Shown here: piece by piece, positions 12,275 through 26,085 of the stretch
Position numbering within the stretch: position 1 is the stretch's first letter
Layout: each line of letters opens with the position of its first letter
DNA from: Eledone cirrhosa
Lineage: Eukaryota
Direction of reading: 5' to 3'
Assembly (NCBI GenBank): GCA_964016885.1
Contig: OZ024747.1
Location: 13,826,001-13,890,000 of the forward strand
DNA: 64,000 bases
Translations under genes and position numbers: made by a program
The notes under the pieces: generated by a model
The model's database searches: none
Seen by the model: only the letters and a program-made list of their open reading frames with translations
What the model was told of the DNA's origin: nothing

Positions 12275-12620
12275 TTAATGGACTGTACTTGCAATTCCTA
12301 ATTGGCCCCGTTCTAGTTCTGTAAAGTCTAACTTTTCAAGTTTTGTACTAAGGTCGTAAACATATCTAAGTGCCCCAAAGATCACAGGTACACATCTAAA
12401 GGTATAGTCAAGGTGGAGTATTTGCAAATTCCTCATTAGTTCAGCAAAAATATTTTTGCTATGTAAGTATTTGAACTGAAAGAGCCGGAATGAATACCGG
12501 TGAGTGGGAGAAGATACTTTCATTTTCTTCATTCGAGATATAGAACCCTGTCTGCAACTAAAAACAAATATATATAAAGACAATATCCTTTTTATATGAA
12601 AATCGGGTTGAATGGGTGAC
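12275..12620 (-). mobile_element. Degenerate RLE-type (R4/Dong-like) non-LTR retrotransposon remnant
   Basis: The peptide DYTFRCVPVIFGALRYV resembles the VP(I/V)(V/I)IGALG motif seen intact at 43828-44250. Confidence 0.45.
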
Positions 12621-12841
12621 ATAAATGAATTAGGAAGTTAAATTACTAGAGCACCAATACAACGTGGGTTGTGAATAAATATATGGCGGTCATACCCACG
12701 TGTGTTTAAAGGATGTGACTGTTCCATAAGAACTACTGCCCCGATCCATACATACGTGTGTATATATATATACTGGTGAGATAGAGTAAATTATAAAAAA
12801 GAAGGAAATATGAAGTTAAAAATATGTAATCATTCCATTAC

Positions 12842-13121
12842 CTCCAATAATAGTTCGAATGAGAGAAGCGTGACCTGGACAGTCAACAAACGTAAACTGA
12901 AGCCGTTCATATTTAGTCGCCAATTCAACAAGGTGTGAAGGAATATCGACAACTGCAGAAGAGAAGCCTAAGTCTAACGTAATTCCACGCTCTTTACTCT
13001 GGGGGTTTTTATCAAAGCAAGCAGTGCTGGCTGTTGTACTTAATATTTTCGATAGACTTGTTTTGCCACTATCCACGTGCCCCAACACACCAACATTAAA
13101 ATTAAATGTAGATGCCGACAT
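12842..13121 (-). CDS. EEFSEC: Selenocysteine-specific elongation factor, coding exon 1 (G domain, P-loop)
   Basis: Translates MSASTFNFNVGVLGHVDSGKTSL...ERGITLDLGFSS...FVDCPGHASLIRTIIG. G1/G2/G3 motifs typical of SelB/eEFSec. Donor GAG|GTAATG, phase 1. Confidence 0.97.
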
Positions 13122-13720
13122 GTTGAAGGAAAAAAAAAGTTTATAAAAAAATAACAAAATAAAAACAGGAAGTGAAAATTATTTATTTCCTGTCCGGTTT
13201 CGAACATAAAAAAATTGGTTAAGTAGATTCATTTATTTACTGGAAGTGAAATAACTGCAAATATGACAATTGTCAAGGTTTTGTTTTTAGCATAATTTGT
13301 AAGAAAAACAATTAATCCTTTTGTGCATTTGTAGCCAGGGCGATACAAATTCATAAACATGAGAAACTATTTTCATAGTGATATGCTTTGGTTCGAGATT
13401 ATTTACAAAAATAAAAACATTTCGTATTTATTTAACATTTTGAATTATAGAAATAATGGAAAGAATATTTACAGGAATAATTTATTTATAAAATTTATAT
13501 TTAATTTTTCATTTTTATTATATATTTTTATTTGCTTTTAAATGTTAATAATCTACTCAACGTTTACGGTAATTGTCGGGAACTTCCGGCAATAAACGCC
13601 AAGACGATCGGCCTGAATGGCTGCAAGTTGTGAAAACAAAACTGATTCAGTTGAATGAAGATGTATATAAAAGAGGAAAATTTACGCCTTTGGCCCAAAA
13701 CTAAACGTCGTCAATGTAAG
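13122..13720. promoter_or_regulatory. Probable bidirectional promoter shared by EEFSEC and WDR47
   Basis: Divergent ATGs about 1.26 kb apart. ETS/GABP-type motifs ACAGGAAGTG (13165), CTGGAAGTG (13240) and ACTTCCGG (13582). Locally more CpG than the flanks. Confidence 0.6.
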
Positions 13721-14379
13721 GTATTACACGACTTTTTCCATTAATTCTGCCTCTGTTTGAATATATCTTTATATATCTTCATTTTTGCCTGGGATTTTCA
13801 GTCGGTCGGGGCAATCTTTTCCTTGGTATTCTCGCTAGGTGCTACATCTACATGTGTCTTGGAGCTGCTACTTCTACGATAATCCATGGATTTATTATAG
13901 TCTACAGTGTTTTACCCAAACCTCGGATTTTTACTAATAATTCCCTCGACAAAACTTTAACTACGAACGGTTATTTTACCGATTGATATCCTTTGATAAA
14001 CCTATCCCTCATTCTCTCTCTACATATTTCTACACTTGTCTATTTCTATCTTTCTTTCTAACTATACATGTATCTCACTATCTATTTATCTCTATAGTTT
14101 CCTTCCTTCTTCTGTTAAATTCATTACAATCTGAAAATAGTCTTCAGTCTGTTGGATTCTTACAGTGACAAACTGCGTCATGGAGTAACGATGCATTTAT
14201 TCAAGTTTGGAATATTTTCTTTTAAATCCAACTAAAATATAAAAAATTCTAGAAGAAAAAAAATATATTTCTTCAACATTTTTTTTTTATCACTTGAAGT
14301 GAACATTTTAAAAAAATTTATTCTAAGAATAATATTTTTTTTTTGTTTTCTGTGGAAGTTTTAATTGTATTTACTAACA

Positions 14380-15928
14380 ATGCCGGCTGCAAATATTGTA
14401 GTAAACGAAACAGACGTACTCCGTCTTGTGACGGAATTTCTTCAGAATCGTGAACTGAACATTTCTATGATGTCTCTGGAGCGAGAGACTGGGGTCATCA
14501 ATGGCCTCTTTTCAGACGATATGCTCTTTTTGCGTCAACTAATTCTGGATGGTCAGTGGGACGATGTAATGGACTTTATCCAGCCGTTGGGCAGTGTTGA
14601 CGATTTCGACACTAAACGTTTCGAGTATGTGATTATGAAACACAAATATCTGGAACTACTATGCATCAAATCAGAACCCAGCATTATGGCCAACTACGAC
14701 TTCACGGTCGACGAAGTGGTCAAATGTCTCAACTCGCTCGAGTCACTTTGTCCAACTAAAGAAGAATACAGCAACCTTTGCCTGTTGCTCACCCTACCCC
14801 GTTTGGCTAGTCACATCGATTACCAAAACTGGAACCCGAGCAATGCTCGTGCCCAGTGCTTCAAGACTGTTTACCCGATGGTCGAGAACTTACTGCCGTT
14901 CGAACGTAAAAATGACCAGAACAACTTGGTGGCCAAAAATGACCGCTTGTTACAATTACTTTTGAAAGGTTTGCTATACGAATCGTGTGTGGATTATTGC
15001 CAGTCAAAGGCAACTAGCAACGGAGATGAAATGGAACTGAAATTCGCATCACTGTTGAACGATACTGGTCTCAGCGATGCTGATTTGAGCCTCCTCTCCT
15101 GGCTACAGAGCATTCCCTCGGACACATTTTCTTGTCCATTTGAACAGAAGACGATGAATGTCGACGTTCGACCACTGACAAAGCCATCACTGGAAGCGTC
15201 ATGGTCAGAACAGATCCTCGTCACCCCCATCAAACCTCGTATGTTCCCACATTCTCATGTACCCACCACTCGCCCTAGGGGAGGCGCCGACATGATGACT
15301 CGCTCCTTAAACCCGCAATTTGATGGCCTGTCCAGCGGCCTTTGGCAAGGGAGGCGGGACTCGGGCGATGGACTTAGCCCTATGTCTCGTTCCATGACCC
15401 CAGCAGCCAGACTGTTCAATATGAAAAAGAACCCGATGCAAATGTCGATGGACAAGCTGTTTGAGGAAAGCGAGGTAATCAACACGCAAAGTTCCATCTC
15501 CGACGATTCGCGTTCATTTCGTTCGTCGTCCTCAGTGACATCGTCTCCACTTAGAACCCCGAAGAACGTCAAGTCGGGTACGTCAACTACACCGCCGCGT
15601 TCTTACTCGCCCGTAAACAACAACATTACCACTTCGGTAACAGACTCTCCAAAACACCTCAAGTTAAACACCACCGCCTCTGCCACGCCGGGGCCTGCTG
15701 GGTCCACCAACACGGAGTTGTTTAAGGAATACCAGCGCCAGAAACAGCGTCTGCAAGAACAACTAGAACTTCAAGAACAACAAAAGGAACAGTACCAGAA
15801 AGAACTAAATGAACTCGAGAAGAAACAGACCCTGTTGAGCGATAACCGGATTAAGGATGAAGTACGCTACTCGCAACAATCATTCAGCTCACCAGAAACA
15901 TCCACTCGGTCTTTACAAGGAACTCCAG
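14380..15928 (+). CDS. WDR47: WD repeat-containing protein 47 (nemitin), first coding exon: LisH, CTLH, Ser/Pro-rich linker and coiled coil
   Basis: Translates MPAANIVVNETDVLRLVTEFLQNRELNISMMSLERETGVINGLFSDDMLFLRQLILDGQWDD...WNPSNAR...KGLLYESCVDYCQ...DLSLLSWLQ, motifs characteristic of WDR47. Donor CAG|GTAAGT, phase 1. Confidence 0.96.
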
Positions 15929-16925
15929 GTAAGTCCTTTTACTTAGGTTTTTTTTCTTTCTTTTTTTTTTTTTTTTTTAATCTGAACCCATAGTGGTGGA
16001 ATCACATCGTCCCCTGGGCCCCCGAAACATTTCTCTACCTACAGCGATCGGGATGGAGACGATCATCCGGGAGAATGAACCACACAAGTTGTACTGACTC
16101 TTTCAAGCACATTTTCGCAATTCCTCCCCGGATGACACTTGCAATTCTGTCCTTTGGGAGCATCAGGCAACATCCATGTAATGTTTTGCAAAGGACATGA
16201 GATGGTAGTGTCATCAATTAATGGGTTTGTTTCTTTTAAATAGCTTTCTTATTGTTACCTAAGAATCGTGATAATTTGGTTGGTCATGTTCAATGTCACC
16301 AACACCAGTTGTATTGATATCAGGTTGCCAAGTCACACACCATGCAGTCCTTTAGAAATGTAGAGATGTGTTTACTTATTCTATACAGGGATAATTGGTC
16401 AACACTGGTCTCGAAAATTGACGTTCATGAATCCTATAGAAAGAGATCTAAAACATAATTGAGATAGTAGATACACGAATTTAAATTCGTGTTTATTCTG
16501 TATAAACTGTTTTGATTTCATATATTGAATGTTTTCTGGTTACTACGTTCAATGTGTAAACTTAATGCTGATGACATATCGATCTCTTCGCTTTATCTGA
16601 AGGTCCCTTTGTCCAGACTTGCTAAGTGATATATAAATATATAGTTATTGTGTGCCTAAACCAGTAATGGGAGTATTTAGAGAACGGAAGTTTCTTTGTT
16701 TTGTTTCTTTAATTAAATTATTTACTATCTTATGTTTATTTTCTGATCTCCTTCCATGCTTAGGATACGTCAGGATGAGTGTTCGCAGATTTAGCTCCAT
16801 TAGCCTTTTCCTTACCATATTCATAATGAAAAAGACACTGCCTATGATTTTCAAATCATTTTGAAAATAATCAAGAATTTAAAGCGATTTAGTAAAATAA
16901 TTAACTTTCATTATTAAATAGGAGT

Positions 16926-17127
16926 CAACTTTGCCTTTCATCCTTACGGGGGTCGATAAAATAAAGTACCAGTCATGTACTGGGTAATTGCTGGCCTTGT
17001 GCCAAAAGTAGAAACAATTATTAAATAGGAGTCAAGGTTAACTTTGTCTTTCATCCTTACGGGGTCGATAAAATAAAGTACCAGTAATGCACTGGGTAAT
17101 TGTTGGCCTGTGCCAAAAGTAGAAACA
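16926..17127 (+). mobile_element. Two tandem 5'-truncated SINE A copies nested in a MITE
   Basis: ATTATTAAATAGGAGT occurs three times (16910, 17017, 17128), bracketing two SINE 3' halves. Confidence 0.85.
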
Positions 17128-18873
17128 ATTATTAAATAGGAGTTTGGTACATAGCCTAACAAAGTTTCTTATATGATGGAAGGTTTTAGATTGATATATA
17201 TATAGAACCAGGCCGGATAGTTTGGTATCAAAACGGTTAGTCATGGGTCAGAGTTGATCTGGGGCTTAACAACAAAGTTGATCTCTCCTCATTAATACCA
17301 ACTACATTATCAGTGATAACGCCATCATCATCATCAGCACTGCGACAGTAAAACAGCATCACTAAGTATGTCAGTCACTACCATCACGATCAGGATTAAC
17401 AACTATTCTCTACCACTGCTTCTTTTTACTTAGAAATACTACTACACATTGAAATAGTTTAAATGGAATCTAGATTTTGGCAACCATCTTTTTTTTAAAT
17501 ATCTGTGAACAATATAATTTCTATCAGAAGTAGTAGTGTAGTAACTGTTGGTGTTTACTGTTTTGAATTGATTCCCTACTAGTAATTGACGTAATTTGCA
17601 TGTGATAAAAGTTGAATGGTAACTCTTGGCAACAAGTGCTCTCCTTCTTTCACTTACAGTTTAAGTGCACCCCCCCCCCTCCGATTTATTCCTTTATAAC
17701 TTTCTTAATAATGTATGTTTTCAATGGAATTTTATAGAGCTAAATTACCGAAACTAGATTATAATTATAAAAAAAAAAAATCTTAATTCATAATTGTAGA
17801 AATGATATTGAACTCCTGTAGGAAATCTTGATTAATGATTATGAAATTTGAAGAGGTTATTGACAAATTTCCGAGTTTATGTTTAGCCTACTAGAAACAA
17901 ATCGAAAGTAAATGAAAGCATATAATGAACGGAACTTGTACTATAATGACAATGTTCAAAAACATTTTTCTCTCTCACCAAATTGTATCAACATTATCAT
18001 AATCTACATCATGGAAAATGTGTCTGCAAAATTTCATTTAAAAATATGCATTATTAAGAAAGTTATGAGAAGACAAAGTTAGGAGTATAGGACACTAAAC
18101 TGTATAGTTATGCTCCCCCCTCTTTCCTCGTTTTGTTTGATAACCCTTAGCAACAAGTATATTCTTCACTTTTTTCTCATATCATAATTAACAAGTTCTG
18201 TTTAAAATCCTTCGTGTCATACACTTAGTTTTATCCTTTTAATTTTGTTTACTCCCTCAATGGACATTAAAGTGTGACATTCTTGTTTTCTTTATGGCAT
18301 TAGGGTAGTAGTTTCAAACCGGATGACTTGTTGTTTAGCAGTTATTCCAGTCATGACCATCCTGTCGATTTATCTTCATCTATCTAGGATTACATCATGC
18401 AATAGTTATCCCCCTGCCTTTTTTATTTTTAAAGACAGTTGTATGTGATGAACATTTTGATGGCTATTTCTAGCAGGACGAGCATCGCTCGCTGGCTTTA
18501 TAATATTAACAATGGTTTCTAATTTAGCCACATAACCAGCAATGTTTTCGGGTATGGAGAAGTCGATTAGATCGACGTCAGTATCTGACTGGTACTATAT
18601 TTCGTTGACCATGGACGGATGAAAGGTAGAATTGATATCGGTGAGATCTGATCTCAAAACATAATCTCCGTTACTAAATACCGCAAAGCATTCTATCTGA
18701 CGTTCTACCGATTCTGCCAACCAATAATTTATACGAGGGAATAAACTGTGCCATTTCCTAAACCTATTTTAGGTTAGGTGAAGTTGTATCGGCCATCAGA
18801 ATGCACAATTGTCATGGTAACTTGGAGCATAACGACCCAGTGTATTAACATACGACCACAAAAGTGTTGGGAA

Positions 18874-18876
<3 letters not shown>

Positions 18877-18920
<44 letters not shown>
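18877..18920. repeat. (TA)n microsatellite
   Basis: Seen directly. Confidence 0.95.
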
Positions 18921-18922
<2 letters not shown>

Positions 18923-19123
18923 GGAATACTGTTGGCTTCTTGCTACAATACTTTCTATACTTTTCATTTATATATATATATATATATATATATAAGTTTA
19001 TTTTTGATACGTATATTCTGCAGCCCACACTGATATCGAGTGGAGACTAGTAAACACGCCTTCAGGTGTTCGGGTTACGAAAGCGCTGGGGAAATATATA
19101 TATATTATTCACATATATATATA

Positions 19124-19619
19124 CTAGTGGACCAGTACTATAAATAATTGTTTCTACTATTGGCACAAGGCCAGCAAATTACCCAGTACTATAAATAATG
19201 ATGGCAACATCGTTGAATGTATTTAATGTTGACGTCAAGAATCGGTATTACATATATATAAGGATTAGTGGATATATGAGACTGGGAATTTTGCGTTTTG
19301 ATAAATTTATGGTTTGCATAAGAGAAACCTTACAGTTTATGTTGATTACTGATACATGGAAGTGATTAACGATAAAAAAAATGACATTTTGATAATTTAT
19401 TTCTAGGATATAATTACATAAATGTTCAGCATGTATGTACAAAAGACATACCGGATTGAATGTATGCGTAACCTTTAGAGAAAGGGGAAGTATTTACCGG
19501 GACAAATGTAGGGTTAGAACCCAGGACCGTGGGATTGGATAAGGAATTTATTGATTGTAGCAGTATGACTGATATACGCAATACATTTTGTGTAAATTTT
19601 AAAGAGATGTAGATGGAGA
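19124..19619 (-). mobile_element. Non-autonomous Helitron, apparently complete
   Basis: Minus strand A|TC...CTAG|T termini. The subterminal hairpin is disrupted here by a SINE-tail insertion but intact in the paralog at 45443. Confidence 0.7.
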
Positions 19620-22600
19620 TATATATATTATTGAATCGGTCGCAGTAAGAATCTTCCGAGGATGAAAAACTAAAGCCATCATAGGCAGGATTTGAACTCA
19701 GCCAGTATAAGGCTCTTGACTAAAATATTCCAAAGCTTTTACTACATACAACATGCTGTTACTGTTTCTATAGTAAACACATTCGAGATAGGAATGCTCG
19801 ACTTATCTATAGTGTCTTTAACTCTTATGTTATTGTATTTTTGTATTTCTAATGAAATACACTACCTATGTTTCAATTAATTTCGAAAATAACCTTAAAT
19901 TTTCATTAGTAAACTGATGTTTAGAACATTTCTTAAAAGTTTCTAAAATAAAATTATGCTGGAAGGTTTTATTATAAGTATAAAATTAACAGTTTTGTAT
20001 CATAAACACAGGACGGTTTCAGACAGTTTGTTATCGAAAGGGTTAAGGAATTTATATATTTAATTCTTGTTCGGTCTGCTACTAGATGTTTATCACATGC
20101 CAGTGCTGTTTTTGTTAGCTTCCTCTATCTACTGTGAATGACATATGACTAATTAACATAGCATGTTCATTCATACATGTATATTGTGTTCCTAGCTTCC
20201 TGTATTTATCTCCACTTGAATCTTTTCCGTGCACTTATTCTTACCAGTGCAATACATATTTGACGTTTCCCCTCTCCCCTTTAATCCTTAGATCTTTCTA
20301 CTTAACTATTTTGATACCCAAACCCCCAGAAATCGCTCCTCATTTTGTTTATTTTAAAATGTTTATAATTATCTAAAAACATTTTCATCTGACTGAGCGA
20401 TAGAAAAAAAAATAAAAGCTAGGTGTGTAGGCAAAATAATTCTGAGGTTCATAATTTAATTAATTGATATCTCCTGCGTATGTGTTATTGGGTTTCTTGA
20501 TAGGACATTAATCTACATATAGCTCAGTTTTCAAAGCTATAGAGGCCACAGGTATCGGATCTGTTTGTGTATGTGTTTATGTAGAAACTATATATATATA
20601 TATATACTATTAAATCGGTACCATGGTTTTATGCTTGGATGTTAATAATGCACTTATATGGTGCTGCCATAAATTCGTTAAGAAAAATGTTAAGTGCTCC
20701 AGTCGTCCATTTTTTAAAGAGAATAACTTTTATGTTCATATGTATGACCATATTAAGAGTTCTTATGGCATTTAAAGCACTGTGATTGATTTTACAACAG
20801 GAATTTGAAAAAATAATTTACTGATTGTATTCTTTGAAAAAATACGTCTTTAAATTTGATTTAGAAGCTAACACAGATGGTGCAGTTCGTTCGTATTGAC
20901 AGAGGAAGCTTATTCCAGAGAGCTGGAGTTGACTTGAAGAAGGCCTGATCACTGTAGTTCTTCATTCTAGTGCTTGGTAATCTGAATTAGTACTGACACT
21001 CACTTGGATTAACACCTTTTTTGGACTGGTTTGAAACCATAGAGCTACTAAAATAATTAGGGTGGGAGTGATCATATTTTTCATAAAATACACTGAATGC
21101 ATTTCAATTAATTTTGAAATTAATCAAGAACTTGGAAGGTTTTAGTAAAATATTATTTTCATTAAGTTGGTGTTAAGAACTTCATAACAAAGTTCTTACA
21201 TACAATTATAATGGAAGGTTTTAATTTAGATATGAACACTAATATAGGCTGTATTATCGCAGAACCAAGGGCAGTTTCAGGCAGGTTGGTATTGAAATGG
21301 TTAAAATATGGTTCTGTCTGGCAAGCAAAAGGTCAATATTTTGACCTAGTTGGTGTAGTAAGAAGCATGCATGCTATCTTAAGTTAGACTGTTTATATAT
21401 TGATCAACGCCCACAATTAATCCTGTGATGGTGGAAACTGTCAGTAGGTAGCTCCAATCATCCATTTTTTATGGCATGTGAAGTTTGTGATGTATGGAGA
21501 GTTGGCTGATATTTCTAGTTGGGCAAGTGATTGCATAAGTAGCCGGCTCATTGTACACTCGGCAGTTAGTCTATAAGAATTACGTCATACACCACAGAGC
21601 CTATGAATTTATTCTGTGTAAGAATGGAGATATAGTTTTAGACTAAAATAATTTCGGACTTATACAGAACAAAGTAAAAATGTAAAACAAAGACATTCAC
21701 ATAAGGATAGGACTGGGATGCCAGTCATTAAAACACCAAAGGGTCCTCATAGGAGGCCAGCAAAACTTATGCATCTGTGAGCCATGAATGACAACAACCT
21801 ACACACACATGCTCTCTCTCTTTATATGTATATGAGTGTGTGTATGTAGGAATATTCTAAAAACCAACAGGAATAAAGAGACAGAAGAATGAGAAAACTA
21901 TGTAGGAAGTTAGCTTTCATTTTTTTTCATTAATAGCTGCATTATCTTTATGCTTTCAGTCATTCACTGATTCCTTAATCTCATTCATAGCTTTGCTAGG
22001 CTTATACACATTCAAGGCTTTTTAAGCTTATACACATCAGATAGTTTTAAAAGCTTATACACATTGTCAATAAATTTGTATTGCCCAGTACTATCGCTGG
22101 TGTAAATTAGCATTATTTTCCTCCCACACTTACACACACATTCTGTTTTTTGCTTGAGCAGCCATTCACAATGAAGATATATTTTACAGTTTGCTAAGAT
22201 AGCAAGAAACAGATATTTACAATGCATAAATAAATCATATTTATTAATCCTTAACATCCGGTCATGATTTAGCAGAAAATATTTTAAAATGGGTTTGTTA
22301 ATTTAAATGTTTATAGTATCTTTACTGATGGACAGATTATTGTAAACATTTGCCGGAAACTAAACTAAAGACTTTGTAGTTACAGTGCAGTTTTGTACTT
22401 TTCAACTATGTCTGGTTTATGCAGTCTCATGCAGTACAGGATGTTAAGAGTTAATAAAAATAGCTGTGTGTATCAGGTTTAGAACAGGTACATTGTATCC
22501 TTGCATGTTACAAGAAACAACTAGAAGAGTTGGCACCAGGCAGAACATCCGGCCATACAACATTGTTTAAAAAAGGAGCCTATGATGGAGTATGAAGCCT

Positions 22601-25113
22601 TTCATGGGGTTAATAAAGCTAACTAACCTCTGCTTTAACTGGGAAAACTGGCCTTAACATGCTTGCTGGCTGCATATTAATAAACACACACACTCAGCAC
22701 TGACATATATGAATCACTAATCATAGAACTCCATATGGAGTTGTAATAGCTTTCAACCTGCTCCAGGTTTGACTGCAGCTGGATCTTTCCAGAAAAAGAA
22801 TCGACCCCAGTATTGGACTTGTACTTTATCTATTGATGAAAGGCAAAGTTGGCTTCGACAGGATTTGAATTCAGAGTGCAAGAGAGTTGGAAAGTATTTA
22901 TTGTTGAAATCATTGTGAATTATCCATCCATGGGCCTTGAACTCTGAACTCCTGATGAAGTCATATGGGTGCTGTCACAATATATATCTTGGGCATTTTA
23001 AACCTGTTGGAGCCCAACCCTCTAAACACAGTCGATTTATGCCAGTAAGAAAAAGAATCAGCCCGGTACTCGATTCATACTTTTATGTATCAACCCTGAA
23101 AAGACAAAAACACAGTTGTCCTCTCTGAGATTAAAACTCTTGTCATTGAAAGCTGCAACAAATGCAGTGAAGTATTGTTTGATGTGTTACTAACATAGCC
23201 AAATTGCTGCTATGTGGTGAATTGTGTCTGAGATTCAATAGTTGTCTGAGGAAAGTAGTTTGTGATTGCTGTATCTAGGCTTCTACCTGTATTTCTTCTG
23301 TTATTGTCTAGGAGAAAGTTCATTATATTATTGATTATTGATTTTTTTTTTTTTTTTAAACGTCACTTGTTATTGACAATAAGCTTTTCATGAGCTGTTG
23401 TTGATTGTTTCTCGTTATATAATTTAGCACTATCTCATTCCTTTGCAATCATTTAGTACTATTTTAGTTAAATTCCATTAATACTGTCCAAACAACAATT
23501 GGTTTCATTCTTTAGTCTGTTCTTATTTTATATACTAGCTAGTTGTTTAGTCCTTTTGATGCTAAACTACACTTTAATTCTATGAAATAAAACTGTTTGT
23601 TTTGAAGTATTTATATTTAAAATCTTCCACCAAAATTCTACGCAATAACATTTAACTTAATAATGAGAAAGTTGTTTTACTAAATCTCTACAAATTCTTA
23701 ATTATTTTCCAAATTATTTTGAAATCATATGTAGTGTTTTTTAATTATAAATATGACCCAGGTCAGCCCTGATTGAGTATATCTATGACCAAATATATTC
23801 CAGTTATAATTATCCTGTATTATTCTTTCTGGCATTGTATATCTTGCTTTTTAAAATTGTATGGTATGATCTGAGATTTGCTGTTAATCCTAGCAAGTTT
23901 GCATGGAGGTTTTATTTTATGCTTGTTACTAGCTAATTGGATGGCAGTGGTAAAATGACATTTTGTGGTTGTTGGTTATACTGCTTGATACCAAGCTTCC
24001 TAAACTCACCTCTGGTTCATCCTACAAAACTTATATTTTAAAGTGTTTATATTTATTTAAAAACCTTCCATCATAATTTTATGTAAGAATATTTATGTTC
24101 CAAACACCAGATAAATAACAAGCATTTTGATTATATTATTAAATCTCCCCAAATTCTTTATTATTTTAGAAATTAATTGAAAATCACAAGCATTGTCTCT
24201 TATTAAAAACAAGGTAACTAAAGGGTTAATGGAGAATTTTTCTTCATAATGGGAAGTTTATTATCTTTTCTTAGGTTATTTTCTGTTTGCTTTGTTGTTG
24301 GTGTTGCTCTTTGTAAATTCAATCAGTTTAGCTTGAGCAGACCAGTAAATTGAGAAGCTGGGCCAGATGCTTATGTACTGTCTATCTACTCCAAATTCAC
24401 CTCCTATCTATTTACTAACAAATACAAATTACTGCATGATATTACCATCTCTATCAGTAATCTTAATGCTATCTAGACTAAAGAACCAATGTGGGTGGTT
24501 AATGTTTGATCATGCTAATGTTCTTGTGAATGAACCAGTTAATAGCCAGATGGAGGTGATGATGATGTGTAAGCATGGATCTGAAAGCAACTTGGTTTGC
24601 ATTACATCTTGTATTACATCTTTTTGAGTGAGTAATAGCAGAAGTTTAAAATCAGGAACCTTTTATTTCACTTTCAGAAGTTTAGTGTTTTTAAAGTGTC
24701 CGTTTATTTTTCTACTATATATGATAGGGTTTTTTTACAGGCTCCTCTTACTAAATTAATATATATATATATATATGGCATTAGTCAGCTTGAGGGTATA
24801 GTAGAAAGAACTTGCTGAAAGGGTTGTTCAGTGAGATGTAACATGATACCATGTGTTTATGAGGCAAACTGTCTTAACCACAAAGCTGTCTGCACCTCTC
24901 CATATGATTTAAAGTGTTTATATTTAAATTGGAACCTTTTATAATTTTATGGTAAGTATGTCTTTAAAAAATAAGTACTGGAGTTGATATGATTTACTAA
25001 AATCTCTCAAGGTGGTGCACAGGCATGGTTGCAGTCAAATAATTGAAACCAGTAAAAGAATAAGTTGTTTCAAACACCAGCTTAAAAATCAACAAGTTAG
25101 TTATTTTACTAAG

Positions 25114-25138
25114 CCCCCCCCCCCCCCCCCCCCCCCCC
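25114..25138. repeat. C25 homopolymer inside a MITE copy
   Basis: Seen directly. Confidence 0.95.
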
Positions 25139-26085
25139 AATTCTGAATTGTTTGAAAATCATAGGCAGTGTCTTTCATTAGAAATATGAAATGAAGAAAA
25201 TGAAATTTACTTTAGTGGTGGTACTTCCAGTCCTATTATGAAAAGCAATGTAAAATGAAGCACTTTGCTCATTCACAAATCGAACCCATGACCTCATGAC
25301 CATGAGTCCAATACACTAAATGCTAGGTTGAGTTGATTCCTCTTGACCCAACTTTTTTTTTGTGTGTGTGTGTATTGAAATGAGCAGCAATTAATGTACT
25401 GGTTCAATTCAGTTGACTTACACACATCTCACAAATTGATGGCATTGTGCCATTGGAAGAAATTATAAAGTTGTTGAACCAGGCATATTACTTAGTTGGC
25501 CTCTATTTATGCACCTTCCTATTTCATGGTTGAAGGGTTTGATGTAGAAAGGGGAACATCCTGCAGCATGTCAATAGTTCACATTTACATCCGATAGGAA
25601 TGTTAGGAAAACAATTACTCCATTATGCAAATTGAGTATGATCTGGTAGTTTGTGTATGATGCATCTAGTTTACTACCACACATTGTTTATATATGTGTA
25701 ATTTAATCAAACTAGTGAGAGGAAATAGTTGAATAATAATTATAAAGATTTTATATAAATGAAAAACAACTCTTCAAAGGTTGTCTTTAACATATACCAC
25801 TCTGACCACTTCAGTTATTGGTGTTGGTATCATTATTATTATTATTATTATTAAAGGTGGTGGAGTGGTAGTAGTGCTAGGGCGTCCAACAACATACTTT
25901 GCAACATTTGTTTTGGTTCTTTACAGTCTGAGTTCAAATACGGCCAAAGTTAACTTTGTCTTTCAGCCTTCTGGAGTTGATAAAATAAAATACCAGTGAA
26001 GTATTGGGGTTGATATAATTGACTTTCACCCCCCTTCAAACTGTTGGCCTTGTGTTTAAATTAGAATCTATTATTAATTAGATAT

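Noticed and set aside
19248-19442. Paralogous small ORFs (also 45532-45720) suggesting a small gene family
   Set aside because: Both are internal parts of the non-autonomous Helitron, and the ORF boundaries differ between copies.
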